Below the pieces are notes generated by a model that was not told where the DNA came from, searched no databases, and saw nothing but the letters and a program-made list of their open reading frames with translations. Source: Candidatus Altimarinota bacterium (GTDB lineage Bacteria > Patescibacteriota > Gracilibacteria > 1-14-2-50-48-13). From it: a stretch of 64,000 nt of DNA. Where the stretch lies: NCBI GenBank assembly GCA_046314355.1, contig JBKBWQ010000001.1:800001-864000 (forward strand), read 5' to 3'. Below, piece by piece: positions 1-10,645 of the stretch (the first letter of the stretch is position 1; each line of letters starts with the position of its first letter). Position numbers and translations under genes: made by a program.

Positions 1-327
1 TCCATTGTCCTTTGCTGCCTTGACTACCAGGGCAAGTACAGTTCCAGATTCTGCTGTTATTTTGGAGTCTTCAACTCTCAGCATATTCATTTCATTCTTT
101 ATCACTAATCCTGGGAATCCCTTTGAGGATACAAGCACATTACTCCCTCCTCCAAGTATAAAAACAGGAAGAGATTCTTCTTTTGCTATCTCAAGAGCTT
201 TTTTTAGATCCTCTCGATTTTTTATTATGAGAAAGTATCTTGCGGTTCCTCCAACCCGAAAGGTGGTGTACGGTGCAAGAATTTCATTTTCACGAATGGA
301 AGGAAATATGCTCAGCAGTTCTGACAT
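1..327 (-). CDS. murB: UDP-N-acetylenolpyruvoylglucosamine reductase, N-terminal part (runs off window start)
   Basis: Manual minus-strand translation from ATG at 327: MSELLSIFPSIRENEILAPYTTFRVGGTARYF...ILGGGSNVLVSSKGFPGLVIKN, with the MurB TTFRVGG and GGGSN FAD-binding motifs. Absent from the ORF track. Confidence 0.93.
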   Translation of the reverse strand, partial: MSELLSIFPSIRENEILAPYTTFRVGGTARYFLIIKNREDLKKALEIAKEESLPVFILGGGSNVLVSSKGFPGLVIKNEMNMLRVEDSKITAESGTVLALVVKAAKDNG

Positions 328-329
328 AA

Positions 330-710
330 CTAAAAAGATGAGTGTCTATTGATAAAGTAAAGCTCCACAAGAAGAAAGGCTACAAAAAGCAGCACAATAT
401 TCCACCATGTCACCACTTTTACTATACTAAAGCCTAGAAAGGCCAAACAAAATAGTGCAAGCAGCATCCCTTGTCTCAACGAGATCATGAAATGTATAAA
501 ATAAGTCTCATGACGATGAACCGCAAGTCTAATAAGAGATCCTATCAAAGCAAAAACGCTTGAGAGACAGATAAAACTGCTCAGAAAAAAGAGTCCAAGG
601 GAGAGCCACCAAGTCTCGTCAAAGGGACTAAGCCTGTGTAACACAATCCATACTGCTGCTCCGCTTATTAAAGCCGATCCTAATAATAGTGAAAGATATG
701 ATTTTTTCAT
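330..710 (-). CDS. Hypothetical membrane protein (about 4 TM)
   Basis: 126 aa, four hydrophobic segments, co-oriented and tightly spaced between UDG and murB. Confidence 0.75.
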   Translation of the reverse strand: MKKSYLSLLLGSALISGAAVWIVLHRLSPFDETWWLSLGLFFLSSFICLSSVFALIGSLIRLAVHRHETYFIHFMISLRQGMLLALFCLAFLGFSIVKVVTWWNIVLLFVAFLLVELYFINRHSSF

Positions 711-725
711 GAAAGTTCAGAAAAC

Positions 726-1319
726 TTAAGATATGAGAGCAAGTATTTTTGGGATTCGCGCAAAATCCTCCTTAAGAGTTTCACGCATCCCGCCATTATA
801 GAGGGCAACTGCAGGATGATAACATGGGAAGATAATCCGTCCGTCACTTTGGCGTTTTTTTGGTTTACCGTGAACTTCAGATATCTTTACACCGGGTAAA
901 AACTTTGCCATTGAATACCTACCAAGCGTAATAATAATCTTTGGATTAATCACCATAATCTGAGCTTCAAGATAGTTGTCACATGCTTCAATTTCATTCG
1001 GCTTTGGATCACGGTTCTCAGGAGGACGGCATTTCACTACATTTGTAATATAAATTTTTTCGCGAGAAAGTCCAATGCTTCCCAGAAGTTCGTCTAAAAA
1101 TCTACCTGACGCACCTACAAAAGGTAGTCCCTGAAGATCCTCGTTTTTTCCAGGACCTTCCCCTACGAGCAAAATATCTGTCTGCTGCGTACCCATACCG
1201 GGCACATAGAAGTTATTATTTTCAAACAATTCACATCTTATACAGCCATCAACCTGCTGATGAATCTGTAAAAGTAATTCTGATCCGCTTTCCGGTAATG
1301 CTTTTGGATTAATTGCCAT
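726..1319 (-). CDS. Uracil-DNA glycosylase, family 4 (4Fe-4S)
   Basis: CxxC, GEGPGKNED, PFVG, TNVVKCRPP and YHPA motifs. Confidence 0.95.
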   Translation of the reverse strand: MAINPKALPESGSELLLQIHQQVDGCIRCELFENNNFYVPGMGTQQTDILLVGEGPGKNEDLQGLPFVGASGRFLDELLGSIGLSREKIYITNVVKCRPPENRDPKPNEIEACDNYLEAQIMVINPKIIITLGRYSMAKFLPGVKISEVHGKPKKRQSDGRIIFPCYHPAVALYNGGMRETLKEDFARIPKILALIS

Positions 1320-1379
1320 GAAACGAAATAGAGTAATCTGTTACTTAACAGATTACTCTATTTTTCCATCAAGACAATG

Positions 1380-1859
1380 TCACTTTATTTCCTCGACAAG
1401 CTTCGATCCACTTGTCTCACTAAAATCATGGGCATCTTCCACATGCAGAATCACGATCACACTTTTATCAATCAGCATTGAAAAACGTCTTGAGCGCTGC
1501 CCCATGTGATCTGAAGATAAATCCTGTTCTAGTCCAAGGTACTTTATATAGGTACCTGAGCCGTCTGAGAGCATGGTGATTTTGTCACTAGAGCCCAGTG
1601 ACTTCCACCAATTCTCCATTGTATTGGGATCATTGACCGACAAACAATAGATAGCTTCAATCCCTTTGTCCTTGAGGGCATCATAATTATCTAAAAAACT
1701 CTGGTACTGCTGCTCACACATGGGATTGAATGCGCCAGCGATACCAAATAGGACTACTCTTTTGTCATAGAATAAATCATTGGTATACACATCCCTTTCA
1801 CTTCCGTATGTTTTTGTTTGAAGTGTTCCCGAAGGAATAGTGTCATTTATAGCAACCAT
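1380..1859 (-). CDS. Peroxiredoxin (Prx5/redoxin family)
   Basis: GAFNPMC (variant of PGAFTPxC), CLSVND, MLSDG, RSRRFSM. Confidence 0.88.
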   Translation of the reverse strand: MVAINDTIPSGTLQTKTYGSERDVYTNDLFYDKRVVLFGIAGAFNPMCEQQYQSFLDNYDALKDKGIEAIYCLSVNDPNTMENWWKSLGSSDKITMLSDGSGTYIKYLGLEQDLSSDHMGQRSRRFSMLIDKSVIVILHVEDAHDFSETSGSKLVEEIK

Positions 1860-2004
1860 AATGAGGGGGATTACGGATAAGCTCTCGCTTTATTCTACAC
1901 CCATATTAACTTTTATTAAAAGGAATATTCTATTTTCTTTGAAATGATTATCTCGTATGCTACAACTATAATGTTTATCCGAGGGTATCAATAATAGTTA
2001 AAAT

Positions 2005-4641
2005 ATGGCAACGATCCCGCTTCACCGCAACTACTACGTCATCGACGGCAACTCATATCTCTACCGTGCATTTTTTGCCATTCCAAAGTTTTCTACAAAA
2101 GACGGCTTTGTCACCAATGCCATTTACGGCTTTGTAAAAATGCTTCTCAAACTTATGGCAGACAAACACTGTCATGAGATTATTGTAGTATTTGATCACA
2201 AAGGCGGTTCTTTCCGGCAGGAGCAGTTTGTAGAATATAAGGCACATCGTGAGAAAATGCCTGATGAACTGATACCGCAGATACCTTATATTCAAAAATT
2301 TGTAGGGTTACTTGGACTTCCAATACTTGTCATACCTGGAGTAGAGGCTGATGATACGATAGCAACCATTGCCTGTAAGCTAAGAGTAGATGATGAAAAG
2401 CACACATATATTATCACAGGAGATAAAGATATGATGCAGCTCGTACAGCATAATGTGTTCATTTACGACACGATGAAAAATGTCATATATAACCGTGAGG
2501 GAGTAAAACAGAAAATGGGAGTATATCCGGAACAGATACCTGATCTCCTCGGACTTATGGGAGATAGCGCTGATAATATTCCTGGAGTACCGGGAGTAGG
2601 ACCAAAGACCGCCTCAGATCTTCTTTCCAAATATAAAAACATGGAAGAGATCCTGGAGCATGCAGAGGAACAAAAAGGATCTCTGAAAACGAAGCTGGAG
2701 GAAAACCGGGAAATAGCAACGCTAAGCAAACAGCTTGCCATCGTAAAATGCGACGTAGAGATAGAGCATATAGATCTTGCTATGACGGAGCCGCAGATGG
2801 ATGAAATAATAAAGCTTGCAAAAGAACTGGAATTTCATTCCCTTATACGGGAGCTTGAGACTCTAGCAAAGGAACATGGAGGTACAGCCGCTGAACCTGT
2901 CCACGAGCTTCCTAGCTATGTAAAAGAAGAGATGAGTACAGAGTCAGAGTGGAAGAAAAATTTGAAGATCTTTGAAGCAGCTTCTACTTTGTATATAGAT
3001 TGCGATGCTTCAACTATGCATATGTATATGACAGTTGAAGGTAAAGTATATCCCATCGATCTCACTGATGAGAGTCTTCGTGCTCAAGTAAAACATTTTC
3101 TCTCCCAAAGATTTGAGAATAAAAAAGAGTCTCTTGTCTGCTACTCCACAAAACAATTTCTGCACTTTATTGGTACAGAAGTAAAGATCCTATCAAAGGA
3201 TCAAATGTCCATTTTCTAATATAAGATCATCTCTATGTTCGATATACAAATAGCTGGTTTTCTATTAGATCCAGCAAGAAGAGAGCCTACACTCTCACAT
3301 TTAGTAGAAAAGCATCTGGATATAATCATCCCTGATGACCATGAAGAGCAGAAAGTTGTGGAAGCTCATTTTATGCCGCAGCTTCAGGAGATCCTGACAA
3401 AGAAATTAAAAGAAGAAGGACTCTATGATGTGTACTCTACGATGGAAGTGCCTCTTTCAGAAGTCCTCTCAGAGATTGAGATCACAGGTATAAAAATAGA
3501 TACTGCCTATCTCAAGGAACTCTCCGTAGAAATGACACGGGATATGCATGTGCTGGAGAAAGAAATTTATAAGATTGCCGATGAAGAGTTCAATATCAAT
3601 TCACCAAAGCAGCTCCAGGTAATTCTCTTTGAAAAATTGAAGCTGAGTTCCTTTAAAAAAACGAAAACTGGATTTTCTACAAACGTACAAGTACTTACGG
3701 AACTTGCAGAAGTACATCCTCTGCCAGCGAAGATTCTTGAGTACCGGCAGTTTCAGAAACTCCTCTCCACCTATGTGGATGTGCTCCCTACCCTAGTGGA
3801 TAGTGAGAACCGCCTCCATACTACATTTAGACAAACCATTGCGGCTACAGGGCGCCTCTCTTCCTCAGATCCGAATCTTCAGAATATCCCTATCAGAACA
3901 GATCTAGGTAGAAAGATACGAAAAGCATTTATCGCAAAAGAAGGATATAAACTTCTCTCCGCAGATTATTCTCAAATCGAGCTTCGTATGCTTGCTCACT
4001 TTTCTGGAGATCCTACACTTATTGAAGCTTTCACTGAGAGTGATACAGATATTCATTCCAAAACCGCAGCTCTTATCTTCAGCAAAACTCCAGAAGAAGT
4101 CACTTCTCAGGAAAGGCGTATAGCCAAGACTGTAAACTTTGGTGTGATTTACGGCATGGGACCTTTCAAGCTTTCACAAGATCTCAAGATCAGCCGAAAG
4201 GAAGCATCAGGATTTATAGAAAGATACTTTGAGACTTACAGCAAAGTAGATAGCTTTATGAAAGGACTAGAAGCTAATGCAAAAGATATAGGATGTCTAC
4301 AGACTCTCTCCGGCAGAAAACGCTACTTCCCAGAACTAAAAAGCAGCAACCGCGTACTCTACGAAGCAGCAAAACGAGAAGCCATCAACTTCCCTATCCA
4401 AGGATCCGCAGCGGATCTTATCAAGATTGCAATGCTGAATGTAGCAGCAGAGTTAAAGAAAAGAAAACTCTCTTCCCGTATGGTGCTCCAAATCCATGAC
4501 GAACTGCTCGTCGAAGTAAAAGAGGAAGAGGCAAAGGAAGTGACACATCTTCTCGTTGAGGAAATGCAGAATGTCTTAAAGCTTAAAGTACCGCTGAAAG
4601 TAGAGGCTGGGATTGGAGACAACTGGCTTGATGCACACTAG
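2005..4641 (+). CDS. polA: DNA polymerase I, interrupted by one in-frame TAA (3217-3219)
   Basis: 5'-3' exonuclease motifs (IDGNSYLYRAFF, EADD, GDSADNIPGVPGVGPKTA) in 2005-3219. Polymerase motifs (TGRLSSSDPNLQNIP, ADYSQIELR, AKTVNFGVIYG, QIHDEL) in 3235-4641. Both ORFs share one frame. Confidence 0.93.
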
Positions 4642-4650
4642 AAGTTTCAC

Positions 4651-4732
4651 CCCCTATCCTCATACCTTATCATTATCCTCATCCTTTTTTTAGGCTCTTA
4701 GGATAAGGATAGGGATGAGGATAAGAATTATG
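4651..4732. repeat. Inverted array of hexamer repeats (TATCCT-like / AGGATA-like) between convergent polA and lspA
   Basis: ccctatcctcataccttatcattatcctcatcc...aggataaggatagggatgaggataag; a related half-copy lies at about 60284-60327. Confidence 0.65.
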
Positions 4733-4741
4733 GTTGGGCTC

Positions 4742-5218
4742 TTACTCCTGACTAGCTCCTGGTGTTTTTCTTTCTTTCCACCAAAGATACCCTACAAGAC
4801 CTACTCCACCAATCGTCACAAAACTATCCGCCACATTAAATACAGGGAAAGATCCTATACTGATAAAATCCACCACGAATCCTCTGAATATTCTATCTAT
4901 AGCATTGCCTAGTGCTCCTCCTAGGATCATCATTACACATACGTAGAGATAAATATCCTGATATACCTTATACTTTTTGATAGCATAGATAATAAGTCCC
5001 AATAGGATTATAGTCACGATCTGCAGTGGAAGACCAGTGAGCGGTAGAGAGAAAGCAATACCTCTATTCTCCACGTAGAAGAGCTTCAGAAAATCGGGAA
5101 TAACTATAATCTCAGGTTTATAAGTAGCAAAACACCATTTCGTAATCTGGTCTGCAATGATAATATCAGTACAAAAACCACTTGCGAGCATGATCTGGGT
5201 ACGGGATGGAATTGCCAT
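4742..5218 (-). CDS. lspA: Lipoprotein signal peptidase II
   Basis: DQITK, NRGIAFS, GGALGNAIDR, VVDFI and FNVAD motifs. Confidence 0.95.
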   Translation of the reverse strand: MAIPSRTQIMLASGFCTDIIIADQITKWCFATYKPEIIVIPDFLKLFYVENRGIAFSLPLTGLPLQIVTIILLGLIIYAIKKYKVYQDIYLYVCVMMILGGALGNAIDRIFRGFVVDFISIGSFPVFNVADSFVTIGGVGLVGYLWWKERKTPGASQE

Positions 5219-5266
5219 GAGAAGAAAAGTGAATAAAAGTGCAGCAACTATAACAGATTTCTAAAT

Positions 5267-5303
5267 AAAAAAAAGCTGCTGCGTTTGACGCAGCAGCTTT
5301 TTT
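5267..5303 (-). terminator. Rho-independent terminator (symmetrical)
   Basis: A-tract-gctgctgcg-tttga-cgcagcagc-T-tract. Confidence 0.85.
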
Positions 5304-5319
5304 AGTACTTTTCCGGAGA

Positions 5320-5592
5320 TTAATACAAAGAGATATTCATATTTGTATTCATTGCATCCATCATCATTCGCTCGTTCATCATGGCTCCAGACATAGTCAT
5401 AGAGTTCATGTTCATCATCATAGCATTTGTATTCATCATGTCATCCATAGCCATACCATTAGCGTTTACTTCAATAGTCGCTGGTACAGTGGCAGTGTTT
5501 ACATTCATATTCGTGTCAGTATTAGCACCACAGCTAGTAACGAACACAAGTCCAAACATAGCTACTGTAGCAAGTTTTGCATTGAGGTTCAT
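5320..5592 (-). CDS. Small Met/Asn-rich lipoprotein
   Basis: Signal peptide with lipobox-like VTSC; low-complexity Met/Asn tail; followed by a terminator. Confidence 0.7.
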   Translation of the reverse strand: MNLNAKLATVAMFGLVFVTSCGANTDTNMNVNTATVPATIEVNANGMAMDDMMNTNAMMMNMNSMTMSGAMMNERMMMDAMNTNMNISLY

Positions 5593-5705
5593 AGTTTCCA
5601 AGTAACAATTATAAAAAGCAAAGGGATCATACTATGAGGCTCTGAGTATGTCAATTTTGCCCCAACAAAGATATTTCCATATAGTGAAAATACGTGTCTA
5701 GTAGT

Positions 5706-5739
5706 AAAAGCCCCGCCATACAAGTACGGCGGGGCTTTT
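5706..5739 (-). terminator. Rho-independent terminator
   Basis: aaaagccccgcc...ggcggggctttt directly after the SLH protein gene. Confidence 0.85.
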
Positions 5740-5752
5740 AGATTATTTTCTC

Positions 5753-8700
5753 TTAATATCCTTTCACTAATACTATTATCTTCGCCGCCTCTGCTCTTGT
5801 GAGCTTGTTTCCTGGGAAGAATACTCCAAGAGAATTTCCATCTGAATCCTTGTATCCATTTACGATTCCCATTTCATATGCAAAGTGGATGTATCTTGCA
5901 AACCATTCATCTGACGGAACATCAGTGAATACATCTGAAAGCCCGCTATGAATTTCCAAATCACTGAAAACTGTTCTTAAGATAAGCTTGAGAGCTTCTG
6001 CTCTGTTCACAAGATCATAAGGTCTGAATGTATTATCAGAGTATCCTTCAATCCATCCTTTTGCCTTTGCTACTCTCACAGCAAGGTCGAACCACTCAGG
6101 ATTCACATCTGAGAAAGGTTTTCCAGTCATGTTTGTATTCATTGGTACTTTCTTTCCGTCACATCCGAAGAGCATCTGTACGAGCTCTGAACGTGCTACA
6201 TAGGTATTTGGTCTGAATTCACCTAAAAGATTACCTGCTGCATCTTTATATCCTGTGAGACCGCATTTTGCAGCAAGTTTGAGAATATACATTTCTCCCC
6301 AATGTCCGCTAATATCATTGAATTTCATATCAGAATTACTGGAGGATCCGCCAGTACCTGTATTTCCATTCGTATTTGTACTAGTGCTTCCGCTTCCAGT
6401 AGCTGTAGAACCAGTGTTTGTATTAGTATTTCCCCCAGTACTCTGAGTTCCCTGAGCTGTTCCCACAGTTGAAGAAGTTCCTCCACCTCCACCACCTCCT
6501 CCTCCGCTTCCAGCAGTTGGAGTAGAAGAATTTTCAGCTACATTAAATGTTACGCTGTAGAGACTTGTTGCATCATTCTCAGCTGTCACTTCAATAGTTG
6601 CGGTATCACTTAAAGTCGCAGCTTGATTAGCAACCATAGTTGCTCCGGAGTTTGACACCACTCCAGAGATTGTTGGCACTGTCGTAGTCCCTGCAGGGAG
6701 ATAAACTACATAGGTATATGTAGATGGTGAGAAAGCTGGAACAAGGCTTCCTGACGATGTTGTAAGAGAGCTAAGAGTTGCATCTCCATTAGCTTGTGAA
6801 AAAGTAATCAAACCAAGTGCTGCATTATCAGGCTGATGAACCATTTTAAGTTCTATAAGATTCGCAGCAAGCAGACCTGCAAAATTATTTACTGTAGCCG
6901 TAACGTTACCTGCATAAGGTGCTCCTGTTGTCATAGAAGCTCCATTGGAAGCAGCATATTCAGGATAAGCAGTAGTCTGCGTCTGAGAATTCGCAAAGGT
7001 CTGATCATCGAGTTTAATAAAATTTCCAAGTGAAGCAGCAAATGTATTCTTTGTATTAGCTGTACCGCCGAAGACTACAGTACCGTACGTTGCTCCAGTG
7101 GAATTGTGGTTAAGGAATGTTACACCATTACCATTCGTACCATTAAAAGTATTCTTATTAAAAGTAATGTCCATTGCTCTAGGCGCAATCATACCGCTTG
7201 TGATTACCTTATTTGTGATCACAATATTATCAAAGGTACTGAGAGATGCCTCAGGAGTAAATGTATTTCCTTCAATAGTTACATTTGTGGAATTTGCATT
7301 ATTGATAGCCACTCTATGCTTTGTAAATGTATTATTTTTTACAAGTACTGGAGCTGAAGAAACGTTCTTTATGAGAAGACTCTGAAGTCCAGGTGTCTTT
7401 GGAGCAAAGGTATTTGCCTCAATAGTGATATTCCCACCTGAATTTGGCTCTGTAATATCAATACCCGCCCCCTGTATTTCATTGTATGAAATCTCCAATG
7501 GACCATTAGAAAATTGACTTAAGATATCATTATAGGAAAAAATAGTATTTTTCTTATCATCTGCTCCTCCGATAACTCCACGTACCTGTGCAACATAGAT
7601 CCCTCGTCCAACAAAGGGAGTCTGCGCATCAACACCATAAACTGTATTTCCATAAATATTTACCTCTGTAGTTGTTCCTGTTACTTCTATACCATGTGAT
7701 CTCCATGGAGCATTTACATCCATGATGAGATTATCATGAATAGTAACAAGTCCAGGAATATTGGTTGCCTTTATACCATTTTGCGCACTAGCATTTGTGA
7801 GCTGAATGGTAAGATGATGTATATTCACATCTGCAGCCGTAATACTTACTATACTAGTACCATTACCAGTAAGGACAGTACCTCCTCCACTCTCACTACC
7901 TGCTATTTCAAGTGATTTATTGATCGTGATATTCTCTGGAAAAGTTCCCTCAGCAATGCTAATCACATTTCCGTTCTGAGTTACCATATCGTCAATGGCA
8001 CTCTGAATAGTACAGAATGAAACACCCTTTGTAGTGTTCTCTGCCACGATAGTTCCTGCTACACCTACTGTTCGTGGAGTAACGCCTCCATTATCATAGA
8101 TGTTAGCACATACCACTGGAGAATTTCCTCGTCCAAAGTATTGATCAGAAATATTACTCTGATCTCCGTCTGATCCTGGAGCGGTTGAACTTACTCCCAT
8201 AACATAAGGTGTATGACCTGCTTGCTGCTGAAGATCTACATCATTGCCGCTAAGTTCATTTCCGTAGACGGTCATCGCAACTCCCTCCACCACAATACCA
8301 AATCCTTCACTAGTGCTCGGTTGTACATAACCTGATACTTCATTATTTTTTAGTACAACACCTCTTGGGATATCAGCATTATTATTTGCTGCTATCCATC
8401 CTCTTCTCATAACTGCTATGCCTGCCATGTCTCTGACATCTCCACTTGCAATGGGACCTGTCATACTCACTTTATTCCCAGAAACAACAATACTACCATC
8501 ACCAGATTCTGCTCCAGTACCATTTGGGACCTTGATTTCAATTCCGAATCGTCCGTTATTTGTCAGGATATTATCTGCAATAATGTTTGCACCTGCTCCA
8601 GAAGTCAGTCCTGTTGCAGCAATTCCATTATCAGTATTACCAGTAACTGTATTTCGTGAAATATTTACTCCTGAAGCTGAACCATCCTGAAGCTCGATAC

Positions 8701-9322
8701 CGCAACAGTTATTTCCAGTTACCGTATTATCTGTAATTGTAATGTTTTTCTTAAATCCGTTCCAGATAACAATACCTCGTGTCTTGTTATTAGAAGAAAT
8801 TACATGAGTAATAGTGACTCCATCAACTGGTCCATTAGCATAGATACCCGCAGGGTTTGATCCACCTGAGATACCATTACCACTAACCGTAGTGTTATTA
8901 ATATTTAATCCGTTGTTTCCTCCATTCGCGTGAATACCACTTCCCATAGTAAAGTTCTGAACAACGAGATTTGCTATCTCAACATTTATCGTACCAGTAG
9001 TGATAAAAATTCCATTACCAGCCTTTGAAGTACCATCGATAATAGTACCTGTCCCAGTTCCCACTAGCTGAAGCGTCTTACTTACAGTTACATTTTCATT
9101 ATATGTACCTGCATCAATTTGAATAATATCACCTGCCGTGGCAGCATCTATTGCAGCTTGAATTGTTGTATATGTTTGTGTTGGTCCAACATTGTGGGTA
9201 GTAGGTCCTACCGCTTGTGCTACAAAAAAACTGACGGACATGATAGCTGCAGCTGCGACAAAAAACGTACGAAGAGACGTGCGATTCATTCGCATCCACA
9301 TGCTTTGAGTAGTCAAATTCAT
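5753..9322 (-). CDS. Large surface protein: parallel beta-helix repeats, cadherin-like beta-sandwich, Gly/Thr linker, three C-terminal SLH domains
   Basis: Signal peptide; TIQAAIDAA/GTYNENV beta-helix caps (twice); LSSLT..L.PAFSP.TY.Y; SLH motifs GY.D..FRP...RAEA. Confidence 0.88.
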   Translation of the reverse strand: MNLTTQSMWMRMNRTSLRTFFVAAAAIMSVSFFVAQAVGPTTHNVGPTQTYTTIQAAIDAATAGDIIQIDAGTYNENVTVSKTLQLVGTGTGTIIDGTSKAGNGIFITTGTINVEIANLVVQNFTMGSGIHANGGNNGLNINNTTVSGNGISGGSNPAGIYANGPVDGVTITHVISSNNKTRGIVIWNGFKKNITITDNTVTGNNCCGIELQDGSASGVNISRNTVTGNTDNGIAATGLTSGAGANIIADNILTNNGRFGIEIKVPNGTGAESGDGSIVVSGNKVSMTGPIASGDVRDMAGIAVMRRGWIAANNNADIPRGVVLKNNEVSGYVQPSTSEGFGIVVEGVAMTVYGNELSGNDVDLQQQAGHTPYVMGVSSTAPGSDGDQSNISDQYFGRGNSPVVCANIYDNGGVTPRTVGVAGTIVAENTTKGVSFCTIQSAIDDMVTQNGNVISIAEGTFPENITINKSLEIAGSESGGGTVLTGNGTSIVSITAADVNIHHLTIQLTNASAQNGIKATNIPGLVTIHDNLIMDVNAPWRSHGIEVTGTTTEVNIYGNTVYGVDAQTPFVGRGIYVAQVRGVIGGADDKKNTIFSYNDILSQFSNGPLEISYNEIQGAGIDITEPNSGGNITIEANTFAPKTPGLQSLLIKNVSSAPVLVKNNTFTKHRVAINNANSTNVTIEGNTFTPEASLSTFDNIVITNKVITSGMIAPRAMDITFNKNTFNGTNGNGVTFLNHNSTGATYGTVVFGGTANTKNTFAASLGNFIKLDDQTFANSQTQTTAYPEYAASNGASMTTGAPYAGNVTATVNNFAGLLAANLIELKMVHQPDNAALGLITFSQANGDATLSSLTTSSGSLVPAFSPSTYTYVVYLPAGTTTVPTISGVVSNSGATMVANQAATLSDTATIEVTAENDATSLYSVTFNVAENSSTPTAGSGGGGGGGGGTSSTVGTAQGTQSTGGNTNTNTGSTATGSGSTSTNTNGNTGTGGSSSNSDMKFNDISGHWGEMYILKLAAKCGLTGYKDAAGNLLGEFRPNTYVARSELVQMLFGCDGKKVPMNTNMTGKPFSDVNPEWFDLAVRVAKAKGWIEGYSDNTFRPYDLVNRAEALKLILRTVFSDLEIHSGLSDVFTDVPSDEWFARYIHFAYEMGIVNGYKDSDGNSLGVFFPGNKLTRAEAAKIIVLVKGY

Positions 9323-9421
9323 GAGGTGTAATGTTTTAAATATAAAATTAGCCTAATATATACTTATCACGTATCTACATCTTTGTCAAAATATCAAAAC
9401 TTTGCTCTAGCAAAGGCTCTA

Positions 9422-9751
9422 CTAATATGAAGGTAACTGAATTTTATCTAATCCTGGTATAGACTGCAGATTTACTGATGGAAGAGTTGGGACACTTTTC
9501 TCTACTCTTGTAAGGGTATCGTTGAGAAGATTAGTCGCAAATAAAAATAAACTATATGCAATAAAAGCCATGATAGCGTATTTTACTATACTAAATACAA
9601 TCTCAAGAGTACTCCAGATCCTTCTATTTCTTCTATCTTCTTGTAGATGGGTAAGAATTTGTCTTAAAAGTACTGTCTGTTCCCGAAGCTGATCCTCTGA
9701 AGAGGCAGGTACACTAGACGTTTCAGTAGTTGTGGTAGGCAATGTATCCAT
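9422..9751 (-). CDS. Hypothetical single-TM protein
   Basis: 109 aa ORF with one hydrophobic helix. Confidence 0.65.
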   Translation of the reverse strand: MDTLPTTTTETSSVPASSEDQLREQTVLLRQILTHLQEDRRNRRIWSTLEIVFSIVKYAIMAFIAYSLFLFATNLLNDTLTRVEKSVPTLPSVNLQSIPGLDKIQLPSY

Positions 9752-9871
9752 AATTTATTCTCAAAAAATACTATCTCTAGTATAAAATGAAAATGATCAA
9801 ACGCCAGGCGCTCTTTTGCTTTCTAGGTAGAAAGAAATACGCTACAATAGTCTTACACTCATCAAACTACT

Positions 9872-10645
9872 ATGATAACAAAAGCCCAAATACATTTTGT
9901 AAAAGATCTTCATGCCAGAAAGCAGCGGCTCACTGAAAAGCTTTTTTTCTGTGAAGGCACGAAAGGTGTCAAAGAGCTGCTAGCAACCTTTGAACTTCAC
10001 AGCCTGTTTACTACTGCATCGTGGGTAGAGAAAGAAGAGAGTACTCTCGTAAATATACCATCTGAAAAGATCTTTCTCTCTGAGGGAAAAGAGCTTGAGA
10101 GAATGTCCGCTCTCAAGACTGCGCAGGATGTAATAGCGGTGTTTCATATTCCAGATGTAAAATCTCAAATAAGTACAACGGAGAGTACTCTTATCCTCGC
10201 TCTAGATCATATAAGTGATCCTGGAAACCTCGGCACCATTATAAGAACCGCAGACTGGTACGGCATCGACACTATTCTCTGCTCAGAGGACACAGTAGAT
10301 GTATGGAGTCCAAAGGTAGTCCAGGCAACCATGGGCTCTCTGGGTAGGGTTCATCTCCATTACACTGACCTAAAAAAAGCACTTTCAGAAATACAGAGTC
10401 CGGTATTTACTACGGCAATGACAGGTGCTTCTATCCAAACTTTTGATTTTCCAGAAAGCTGCGTCCTCCTTATGGGAAATGAATCTGTAGGTGTATCTGA
10501 GCAGCTCACAGCATTATCTACATCAAAGCTACACATTCCAGCATATAGGCATAAAAACCCTGCAAATGGTCAGGCAGAATCTTTAAACGTAGCTATAGCT
10601 ACAGGAATAGTACTTCAAGCATACCGAGGTAAGCATTCACATTAA
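9872..10645 (+). CDS. TrmH/SpoU family RNA methyltransferase
   Basis: DPGNLGTIIRTADW, MGNES.G and ESLNVAIA SPOUT motifs. Confidence 0.93.
   Translation: MITKAQIHFVKDLHARKQRLTEKLFFCEGTKGVKELLATFELHSLFTTASWVEKEESTLVNIPSEKIFLSEGKELERMSALKTAQDVIAVFHIPDVKSQISTTESTLILALDHISDPGNLGTIIRTADWYGIDTILCSEDTVDVWSPKVVQATMGSLGRVHLHYTDLKKALSEIQSPVFTTAMTGASIQTFDFPESCVLLMGNESVGVSEQLTALSTSKLHIPAYRHKNPANGQAESLNVAIATGIVLQAYRGKHSH

Noticed and set aside
5-352. 115-aa plus-strand ORF
   Set aside because: Antisense shadow of murB.
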